A DNA stretch of 64,000 nucleotides, taken from the NCBI GenBank assembly GCA_002269645.1, contig NIVC01000003.1:310001-374000 (forward strand). The letters are read 5' to 3'. Both the position numbers and the translations under genes were made by a program. How positions within the stretch are numbered: the stretch's first letter is position 1; each line of letters begins with the position of its first letter. Below the pieces are notes generated by a model, which did not search any database, was not told the DNA's origin, and was given only the letters and a program-made list of their open reading frames with translations. Below are positions 22,947-35,862 of this stretch, piece after piece. The stretch comes from Macrostomum lignano. Lineage: Eukaryota.

Positions 22947-25727
22947 TCATGCTTCAGACGGTGTCTGCTTCTGTTTATCCTCTGCCTGCTGCCGCTGCTG
23001 CAGCTGCTGCTGGCCGCACAGATCCTCCTGCCGGTTGTGCAGCCGGCTGGTGAAGAGCACAATGGGCGTGTAGGCCAGGCACACCACGCACAGGATGACA
23101 AACAGGTAGGCGAATCCCAGGTGCAGGAAGATCGGCCCGGCTGCGAAGGCTCCGAAGGCCGTGGCGATGCTGAAGGAGGCGTGCGCGATGCAGGACACGG
23201 AGCCGTACACCGGCGTGTGCCGCCTGTCCACCAGGTGACTGAGCAGGGGCAGCAGGGTGACGTCCAGCACGGCGATGCTGGCGAACACCAGGCCGATGGG
23301 CAGGGTGCACCAGGCCTTGCCTGGCATGAAAGGCAGCAGCGCGCACGCCAGGCCGCCCAGCGCCAGGCCGCCGGCCGCTACCCAGCCGCGCCAAGCGGGC
23401 GCCCGGTTGCACAGCCACACGCTGGCCACGGTGGCCGCGAAGTGGAACGGCAGCGTCGGCAACCAGACGAGGCCCTTCTGCGTGTCCGTGGCCTCGTAGC
23501 GGTGGTGCATCCAGATGCCCAGCGTGGCGGCCAGGCAGTTGTGGGACAGGTTGGCCACGATCAGGCCGCCCGCGCACGCCGCGATGTGTGGGTCCGTCAG
23601 CAGCCGCCACAGCGGCGTCGGCTTCGGCCGCTTCGCCGCGACCTCCTCATCATTGCCACTGTCTGGCACTACGAGATGATCGGCGTCGATGGCAGCGGGC
23701 GACGACGTCGGGGAGGAAACCGCAACCGCGTCGCCAGCGTCCTGCTGCTGCGGTTGCTGCTGCTGCGATGGTGGCCGGTGCTGCGGTGACTGCGGGGCCG
23801 CGGGGCCTGAGCGGAGAGGAATGTGGCTGCTGTAGATTAGAGACCCGAGTACTGTAGATCTAGAGGAGACCCGAGTGCTGTAAATCTAGAGACCCGAGTG
23901 CTGTAAATCTAGAGGAGACCCGAGTGCTGTAGATCTAGAGGAGACCCGAGTACTGTAGATCTAGAGGAGACCCGAGTGCTGTAGATCTAGAGGAGACCCG
24001 TGTGCTGTAGATCTAGAGGAGACCCGAGTGCTGTAGATCTAGAGGAGACCCGAGTGCTGTAGATCTAGAGGAGACCCGTGTGTTGTAGATCTAGAGGAGA
24101 CCCGAGTGCTGTAGATCTAGAGGAGACCCGAGTACTGTAGATCTAGAGGAGACCCGAGTGCTGTAGATCTAGAGGAGACCCGAGTGCTGTAGATCTAGAG
24201 GAGACCCGAGTACTGTAGATCTAGAGGAGACCCGAGTCCTGTAGATCTAGAGACCCGAGTGCTGTAGATCTAGAGGAGACTCGAGTGCTGTAGATCTAAA
24301 GACCCGAGTGCTGTAGATCTAGAGACCCGAGTGCTGTAGATCTAGAGACCCATGAGCTGTAAATACAGAGGAGACCCGTGCGCTGTAGATCTAGAGACCC
24401 GAGTGCTGTAGATCTAGAGATCCAAGAGCTGTAAATCTAGAGGAGACCCGAGTGCTGTAGATCTAGAGACCCGAGTGCTGTAGATCTAGAGGAGACTCGA
24501 GTGCTGTAGATCTAGAGACCCGAGTGCTGTAGATCTAGAGATCCAAGAGCTGTAAATCTAGAGGAGACCCGAGTGCTGTAGATCTAGAAACCCGAGTGCT
24601 GTAGATCTAGAGGAGACTCGAGTGCTGTAGATCTAGAGACCCGAGTGCTGTAGATCTAGAGACCCGAGTGCTTTAGATCTAGAGGAGACCCATGTGTGCT
24701 GTAAATCTAGAGGAGACCCGTGTGCTGTAGATCTAGAGACCCGAGTGCTGTAGATCTAGAGACCCGAGTGCTGTAGATCTAGAGACCCGAGTGCTGTAGA
24801 TCTAGAGGAGACCCGTGTGCTGTAGATCTAGAGACCCCAGTGCTGTAGATATAGAGACCCGAGTGCTGTAGATATAGAGACCCGTGTGCTGTAGATATAG
24901 AGACCCGAGTGCTGTAGATATAGAGACCCGAGTGCTGTAGATATAGGAGACCCGAGTACTGTAGATCTAGAGACTCAAGTGCTGTCTCTAGATAGGAGTT
25001 CCTTTTACGAGCCAAGAAGCCCCCAGAAGCCCCTCGACCGCGGCTCACCCTCGGGCCGGCCGCCCCGCTGCCGCACCAGGCCCTGTCGGAGCAGCGGCAC
25101 CAGCAGGCAGGCGGTGGCGGCGAACATGGGCAGGTAGGCCAGGAACACGACTCCCCGGCCCGTCCGCTCGTAGATGAAGCCCCCGTAGGCCGGGCCCAGC
25201 GCGTTGGCGGAGAACAGCACGAAGTTGGCGATGCCGATGGCCCGGTTGCGCATCCGCAGCGAGGTGAAGCAGGTCGCCACCTGGGCGAGGCCGCTGGTGC
25301 CGATGGCGGCGGACCCAGCGCCGTTCACGGCCCGGGCCAGCAGGAAGACCCAGTAGGAGTCGCCCAGGCCGTACAGCAGAATGGAGATGCAGTCGGCGGC
25401 GATGCCCACCAGGAGGATGGCGGCGGGGAACAGCAGGTCGATGAGCTTGCCGATCAGCGGGTTCATGGCGATCTGCACCAGGCCCTTCAGCCCCACCAGG
25501 AAGGCCGACTGGATTTTCACGTCAGACTCGGCGCAGGCCTCGGAGCTGGAGTTGAAGGCGCCCAGGAGGCCGTCGGCCGTGTCGACGTGGTCGGCGGCGG
25601 CGCGGCACAGCTGGTCGTGGACGATGGGGATGATGACGGTGGTGAGCATCTGGTCGCTGAAGAAGACGGCGCTGACCAGGACCACGGCCAGGACCCGATG
25701 CCAGCGGCCCGGCTGGCGGCCCGGCAT
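22947..25727 (-). CDS. MFS transporter of the SLC18A family (vesicular monoamine/acetylcholine transporter-like), ~512 aa
   Basis: Exons 25727-25049 and 23806-22947 (phase 1, in frame). Motifs SDQMLTTVIIPIV (TM1), KGLVQIAMNPLIG, FLLARAVNGAGSA, LGPAYGGFIYE, LLTDPHIAACAG, IWM, LLPLLSHLVDRRHTPVYGSV. Confidence 0.9.
23828..24985. repeat. 25/28-bp minisatellite (GCTGTAGATCTAGA[GGA]GACCCGAGT), fills the SLC18 intron
   Basis: Direct repetition with two unit lengths. Confidence 0.96.
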
Positions 25728-26502
25728 CTCCTGCGGTGCCCGGCGGTGTGTCAGGCGGCTGTCAAGGACTGCCAAGCCGATAGCGAGCCTCGAATTCTCT
25801 CTGGATTGGAGAGACGCTGCCTCGTTTTTTGTAGTTGGGTCTGGTTACAAATGACGCCCGCCTTTCGCCCCTTTTCTACCGCTGGTGAGGGCTGCGCGGA
25901 CAGTCTGTACGGGACTGAGGCGCGCTCAGCTCACAGGCCTGTACACTCCGGCCCTGCCTGTCAAAAATACCTTCTCCCTTTCCTGCCAGGCTGCCTGTCG
26001 GCTCCGGTCTGACCCCGCATTCACCTGGCTGACTGTTCCTGCAGCCACCCCCGGGGCAAGGAAAACCTGAAGCCTTCAGTACTTTCCCGTTGGGCCTCGC
26101 GGTTAACCAGCGCGTACTTTGAAAAGCGAGAATATTAAATTTTATATACGAGGACAGAAGCAGGAGTGCACGGCGAACGGTAGCCCTGTTGGTGTCCCGT
26201 TTTCATCTCGGTGAAAGTTCAACTGTCTCATGAGAGTAGCATGACAGCCGCTGCAGTTGATGGAGGAACCTGCGAGATGCTGGCGAAAATTTTTACCTCA
26301 AGGATCAGATAAAGAATCCAGCTCATGGCCGCGGGCCAGGTGAGAGGAAAGGAGAGAGGAGATAAGAGAAGTGAGGCGAGAGAGGAAAGGCGAGAGAGGA
26401 GATAAGAGGGGAGGGAGGAGAAAAGAGAGGAGAGAGCTGAGAAGAGACAAACCTTGAACGGGCCGGATTGCTATTGCCGAGGGTCGGATAGAGACTAATA
26501 CA

Positions 26503-26972
26503 TGAGACACATCAGGACACATAGGACACATCAGGACACACTGAGACACATCAGGACACACTAAAATATATATCAAGAGACACTAAGACACATCAGGACA
26601 CACTAAGACACATCAGACACACTATGACACATCAGGACACACTATGACACATCAGGACACACTATGACACATCAGGACACACTATGACACATCAGGACAC
26701 ACTATGACACATCAGGACACATATGACACATCAGGACACACTATGACACATCAGGACACACTATGACACATCAGGACACACTATGACACATCAGGACACA
26801 CTATGACACATCAGGACACACTATGACACATCAGGACACACTATGACACATCAGGACACACTACGACACATCAGAACACACTATGACACATCAGGACACA
26901 CTATGACACATCAGGACACACTATGACACATCAGAACACACTATGACACATCAGGACACACTAAGACACATC
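26503..26972. repeat. 20-bp minisatellite (GACACATCAGGACACACTAT), preceded by a GA-rich tract at ~26330-26445
   Basis: Direct repetition. Confidence 0.95.
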
Positions 26973-27473
26973 GAGATGCCAGTCAGCGCCCAATGCTCTG
27001 GCCCTGCATGCCTGCATATGTACAGTATTTCAAAACATTTCATCAGAGATCAGAATATGGCAAGCACAGACGCTAAACACAAAACTTTGCAACACACCAC
27101 AGCACTTTTTATACCACTGAACCAAACACGAAGCCCACTGGGCCGACAAACTCAGCGCAAATAAAGGCATAATTAAAAGCACTCGGAACTTGAAATCATC
27201 AGCACTCGATTAATCAAAAGAATCAGAAGCAGCTTATCAATAATCCTCAAGCAGTTTAGTAACACCACTTGGATAATGAATATAAATATAAATGTAAGTA
27301 TAAATAGCAGTCTCATACACCTTAGTAACAGTCTCATGCAGCTTAGCAACAGTCTCATGTACATTAGCAACAGTCTCGTGTACCTAGACCTCGTTTCTTT
27401 CAAACAAAGTCCTAAGAACCAGTTGGTATAAAATCATTTTATACCGAAGATCTCCGGGACAATCAATCATATA

Positions 27474-27947
27474 CAAGGGGTGCTTATTAAGTTCCCGGAA
27501 GAGTTCAATTCTGATGATCGCATCTGTGCGAAATTTTACCTGCAGCAACTGCAGTCTATTAAAACTTCTCAACATAATTTCCACTCAAATCGGAGCATTT
27601 TGCAGGCGCTGGAACCATGCACCCCCTGAGATCAGCTTTGGTGAAGCTGTCCAGCTCAGCTTGCAGCGCAACAACCAGCTCCTCCCTCGAGTCGAAGCGC
27701 TTCCCCTTTAGATTTTTCTTCATCCTGGGAAAGAGGAAGAAGTCGGCAGGCACCAGGTCCAGCGAGCTGCGGCAAGGGGGGGGCACTTTTTTAGCCAAAC
27801 TTTGGCCACTGCGGCGGATCATTGCGACTGATTAAGCTGAAATTTCACAAGCAAACGTAGAAAATCCAACCCTAACTGCTGGTAAAGTTTCGTTTGATTG
27901 GCCCATTTTTAGGCTGCATTTTCCGGGAACTTAATAAGCACCACTCG
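27474..27947 (-). mobile_element. Internally deleted mariner (Tc1/mariner) element, 474 bp
   Basis: 27-bp TIRs CAAGGGGTGCTTATTAAGTTCCCGGAA / CGAGTGGTGCTTATTAAGTTCCCGGAA (2 mismatches); TA on both flanks (27472-73, 27948-49). The minus strand encodes a transposase C-terminal relic, SLDLVPADFFLFPRMKKNLKGKRFDSREE...GNYVEK. Confidence 0.92.
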
Positions 27948-28194
27948 TACAGCCATTGAAATTGAATTCCTAGAAATCAGTTTTAGATAATTAATTTGCG
28001 GGGTGACTATTTCTGATATTCCGGTAGTCCGAAATTTTTATTAAATTCTTGCGCTGGCACACAGGAGAGCGGGGCTGAGTCAGTCAGTCAGTCAGTCAAC
28101 AATGAGCACCCCATTGGCTCCCTGTGCCGCTCAGGCAAGGTAAGAATCCGATTAAGCGCGTGTTGAGTTGTCAGTAGTTGTCTTCGATATCAGG

Positions 28195-28950
28195 CTAAGC
28201 CCCCACCGCCTTGACGGCGGAGCTCCTGCCGCTCAATTCGACAGCTCCGCTGCTGCCGCCGCCGCCACCTCGCCTGGAGCAGCAGAAACAGTCGATGGTG
28301 GCCCGCTGGAAGTCCTTCATCCTGGCGAAGTACACGATGGTGTTGATGGACTCCTGGATGAAGAAGATGGTGGAGCCGGTGTCGAACAGGGTGTAGGCGA
28401 ACAGCACCAGCACCGGGTCGTCCACCACAATCATTGCCATCGTCTGCCCGATCGTCTGCGGCAGCGAGCCGACGATCATGATCACGCTGAGGATCACCAG
28501 CACCACACTCGCGGACACCTCGCTGGAGGACAGCGTCTTGGAGCCTTCGGTCAGGTTGGTGCGCTCCCGCCTGTACCGGATGAGGCGGACTGTCAGCAGG
28601 CAGTTGGCCACGATCATGAGGCTCACCTGCACCAGGCCGCAGTTGTTGAACAGCACGTTGGTCACCTGCCAGAAGTAGGTGTTGCTGTCGGCGAAGTAGC
28701 AGACCCGCTGGCCTTCGCTGGTCAGCGAGTAGCCCATGAGGTAGAAATATGGCGCCGACACGATGAAGGAGATCAGCGTCACGGCGCCGATTCCGTACCA
28801 GGCGCGCTTGTTGGAGGCATTGGCGAAGCGCAGCGGGAAGTAGATGCTGAGGCAGCGGTCCACCTGCGGGGCGGCTGCGGCTTGTCAGTCTGTCTGCCTG
28901 TCTATCAATCAATCAATCAATCAATAAATCTATCTATCTATCTACCGGGG

Positions 28951-29018
<68 letters not shown>

Positions 29019-29019
29019 C

Positions 29020-29114
<95 letters not shown>

Positions 29115-29558
29115 CATCCTGCACAGACCGTGATCAGCAGCTGGGCAGTGGTGGACATGGTGGACACGAACGCCATGCCAAACCGATGGAATTTGCAGAT
29201 CAGAACTCCGTGATTCCAGGGATAAAAGTACAGCTGCTTGTTGGACAGGAACGGCATGGTCTTGGCAGGGAAGTACCACAGCCAGCCGTAGACGATGAGG
29301 CACAGGTTGTCAGAGAAGGCCAGAAAGGCCAGGTAGAGATTCAGCCTCTTGCGGTCCAGCCGAACCAGGAAGATGAAGATAGCAAAGAAGTTGGCCAGCA
29401 CGCCGAAGGCAGCAATTGGCGGAACAGGTAACCAACCAGGAAGGTGAGCACCCTGCTCATGTTGCAGAGATCTTTTGAGTGGTCCTGCTCGCACTGGTGC
29501 AGCTCCCCCGGCTGGTGGAAGTCGAGGTGAAGTTGAAGGCTGACATGCCGAGGCCCAT
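28195..29558 (-). CDS. Rhodopsin-family orphan peptide-type GPCR (GPCR1), with two apparent single-base deletions in exon 1; intact gene or pseudogene
   Basis: Exons 29558-29129 and 28863-28195. TM1 GVLANFF, TM2 LAFSDNL, TM3 ICKF..LITVDRCLSIYFPL, TM6 SLPQ, TM7 SINTIVY. Exon 1 is 430 nt; adding one base at the C run 29505-29509 and one at ~29425 restores a continuous 144-codon frame. Confidence 0.85.
28885..29115. repeat. (ATCT)n/(GATA)n microsatellite in the GPCR1 intron
   Basis: Direct repetition. Confidence 0.97.
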
Positions 29559-29866
29559 GGCTGCGAGGAGTTGTGGCCGGGGGCCGGCTTCGGGAGAAAT
29601 CCCGGTCGGGTGGAGCGGCGGCGGTCTCGGTGAGTTTTATAGCCGAGGCGATAAAGTTGAGTGGAAAAAACTTCAGAGAGCTCAATGGCTCGGTGATTTC
29701 AAAGCAATTCGCTTGTCAAAGGCGAGTTGGGGCGTGGCCGAGCTTTTAAATTTTAACTTTTTTATCGCACAAAGCAATTTGTTTATTGACACCTTCGCTT
29801 TGTTTGCATGTCTTGAGACAAGTGTTGCTCCTCAAGGGGTGCGAAGGGTTTCCCTTTCATCTTTGA

Positions 29867-32754
<2,888 letters not shown>

Positions 32755-32810
32755 TAACAGTCGATCTTTGTCTCAGTGAAAGCGGAGTTGAGTAGTTCGA
32801 GTAGTTCAGG

Positions 32811-33200
32811 GTGTGGCCTCAGCTCAATTCAGGTGTGGCGCCGAATTCAGTTCCGTTGTGGCGCCGAGTTCAGTTCTGTTGTGGCGCCGAGTTCAGTTCT
32901 GTTGTGGCGCCGAGTTCAGTTCTGTTGTGGCGCCGAAATCAGTTCTGTTGTGGCGCCGAGTTCAGTTCTGTTGTGGCGCCGAGTTCAGTTCTGTTGTGGC
33001 GCCGAGTTCAGTTCTGTTGTGGCGCCGAGTTCAGTTCTGTTGTGGCGCCGAGTTCAGTTCTGTTGTGGCGCCGAGTTCAGTTCTGTTGTGGCGCCGAGTT
33101 CAGTTCTGTTGTGGCGCCGAGTTCAGTTCTGTTGTGGCGCTGAGTTCAGTTCTGTTGTGGCGCCGAGTTCAGTTCTGTTGTGGCGCCGAGTTCAGTTCAG
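32811..33200. repeat. 23-bp minisatellite (GTGGCGCCGAGTTCAGTTCTGTT)
   Basis: Direct repetition. Confidence 0.96.
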
Positions 33201-33648
33201 TGTGGGACTGCGGACTCTGGATCGATAGTCGAATGCAACACTGCTAGCAACTCAACCCCTCATCACTGAATCTGCACAAGTTTTTACAAGCCTACTCATA
33301 CACATATAATCAGCCTTTCACAAAAAATTAATTGCATCATTCGCGAAATGAGTTCATTCGCGAACATCTGCATGTCGCGGTGGCTTTATGCTATCATTTA
33401 CGATTTTGAAATCGACAATGAAAATAAAATCAGTTAAGTTTTGCAACTGTAGGATTAGGATTGAATAGCAAAATCTATTTGCCATTAGATGCTCCAACCC
33501 TCAACTCAAAGCCAGCCCAGAGAGGCTTCTACCATAGACAGCAGCGAGGCCCTCCCGTACACTCAGAGCGCTAAGCCGGGCTCGCAGCCCACAGCTAGCA
33601 GCATCTCAGCAGCCTCTGACCCACCGCAGGAAGCCGCTTCATCCAGCC

Positions 33649-35012
33649 ATGCGCGAGTGCATCTCAATCCACGTCGGCCAGGCCGGCATCCAGATCGGCA
33701 ACGCCTGCTGGGAGCTCTACTGCCTGGAGCACGGCATCCAGCCCGACGGCCTCATGACGCCCGGCAGGGAGAAGTGCGACGACTCGCAGGGGCCGTTCTT
33801 CTCCGAGACCCTCAGCGGCCGCTACGTGCCGCGCACCATCTTCGTGGACCTGGAGCCCACCGTGGTCGACGAGGTTCGCTGCGGCACCTACCGCCAGCTG
33901 TTCCACCCGGAGCAGCTGATCTCGGGCAAGGAGGACGCCGCCAACAACTACGCCAGAGGCCACTACACCATCGGCAAGGAGCTGATTGGCACCGTTCGGG
34001 AGGTCGTCAACCGGCTGGCGGAGAACTGCGCAGGCCTGCAGGGCTTCCTGGTTTTTCACTCCTTCGGTGGCGGCACGGGCGCCGGCTTCACCTCGCTGCT
34101 GTGCGACCGGCTGTCGTCCGAGTACGGCAAGCGGGCGAAGCTGCAGTTCGCCGTCTACCCGGCGCCGCAGGTGTCCACGGCTGTGGTGGAGCCGTTCAAC
34201 GCCATCCTGTGCACCCACGGCACCCTGCCTCACACCGACTGCGCCTTCATGGTGGACAACGAGGCCATCTACGACATCTGCAGGAGGAACCTGGACGTCG
34301 AGAGGCCCACCTACACCAACCTGAACCGCCTGATCGCGCAGATCGTGTCCTCCATCACGGTGTCCCTGCGGTTCGACGGCTCGCTCAACGTGGACATCAC
34401 CGAGTTCCAGACCAACCTCGTGCCCTACCCCAAGATCCACTTCCCCCTGGCAACCTACGCTCCCATCGTCTCGACAGAGAAAGCCAACCACGAGCAGCTG
34501 AAGGTCAGGGACATCACGTACGCGTGCTTCGAGCCTGGCAACCAGATGGTGAAGTGCGACCCCCGGCACGGCAAGTACATGTCCTGCTGCCTGCTGTACC
34601 GGGGCGACGTCTCCTCCCAGGAGGTCAACGACTCCATCCAGAAGATCAAGAACAAGCGCGAGATCCAGTTCGTGGACTGGTGCCCCACCGGCTTCAAGGT
34701 CGGCCTCAACTACCAGCCGCCCGTCGCGGTGCCCGGAGGCGACCTCGCGAAGGTGCCTCGAGCGGTCTGCATGCTGAGCAACACCACCGCCATCGCTGAG
34801 GCCTGGACCGGCTGGCCTACAAGTTCGACCTCCTGTACTCGAAGCGCGCCTTCGTGCACTGGTACGTCGGCGAGGGCATGGAGGAGGGCGAGTTCGCCGA
34901 GGCCCGCGAGGAGCTGAGTTCCATGCAGAAGGACTACGAGGAGGTCGGCGTGGACAGCGTGGAGGGCGAGGAGGAGGAGGTCGAGGAGTTCGGCAAAGAC
35001 AAGGACGAGTAG
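33649..35012 (+). CDS. TUBA: Divergent intronless alpha-tubulin (~454 aa), with one apparent base deletion at ~34808
   Basis: [65 protein letters not shown]. After AEAWT the +1 frame continues [26 protein letters not shown]...[26 protein letters not shown] to TAG at 35012. The span is 1364 nt, one short of 455 codons. Confidence 0.95.
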
Positions 35013-35389
35013 GGCTGTTCTTCCGCGTGCTTCCGGGACAACTTGAGCTGCCTTTATGCTCTCATATTGCTGGCAGTTGCTGCCAGTAGCTCAGGATTGC
35101 TGAGAAGAATTAGGTAGGTAGGTTAGGGCTGGCGATTCAGCCGTGTACAGAACTTAGCAAATTAAGGCTTAATTTCATATTAGTGTCTTATTCAGCTAGC
35201 ATAAAGAATTCCTGCAGTATCCTGACTCATCAGCTGAGCTTGCTCGGAAATTTGTCTACCTTGTCCAATTTATTACACTAGTAAAAATAGAAACATATCT
35301 TGTGCTTTCTTTCGGCCGCAGCTGCTCAGAGCAACTCGGCATTTAACCCAACTTGTGCCTTCCTTCATTTTATAGAGTATGGACAGGCA

Positions 35390-35676
35390 GATCAGTGTGG
35401 CGCTTCAGTTCAGATCAGTGTGGCGCCTCAGTTCAGATCAGTGTGGCGCTTCAGTTCAGATCAGTGTGGCGCTTCAGTTCAGATCAGTGTGGCGCCTCAG
35501 TTCAGATCAGTGTGGCGCCTCAGTTCAGATCAGTGTGGCGCCTCAGTTCAGATCAGTGTGGCGCCTCAGTTCAGATCAGTGTGGCGCCTCAGTTCAGATC
35601 AGTGTGGCGCTTCAGTTCAGATCAGTGTGGCGCCTCAGTTCAGATCAGTGTGGCGCCTCAGTTCAGATCAGTGTGG
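35390..35676. repeat. 23-bp minisatellite (GTGGCGCCTCAGTTCAGATCAGT)
   Basis: Direct repetition. Confidence 0.95.
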
Positions 35677-35862
35677 CCAGCCCAAAATAAATACAAAGGC
35701 AAAATTCCAAGGCAGAATCAATTTGATTACTTTACAAAATTGACGCAGTTTAATGCTTCTAACAAAAAACTCCATTGGCCTACTAACAGTAGCAGTCAGA
35801 GCTGAAGCTAATGAAAAATTTTTAATTTTTAGCAAAAGCGTGCAGCAAATTAAAGAAGAAGT

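Noticed and set aside
27425-27445. 9-bp perfect hairpin GGTATAAAA-TCA-TTTTATACC as a Helitron 3' end
   Set aside because: No CTRR terminus at the expected distance; the stem is AT-rich and plausible by chance.
33489-34799. 436-aa alternative-frame ORF and 301-aa antisense ORF over the tubulin
   Set aside because: Shadow ORFs caused by high GC3 codon bias; the same applies to those over the SLC18, GPCR and CRAL-TRIO genes.
34800-34815. Programmed frameshifting as an explanation for the tubulin and GPCR1 frame breaks
   Set aside because: No slippery heptamer or stimulatory structure is evident; single-base loss at short G/C runs is better explained by sequencing error or pseudogenisation.
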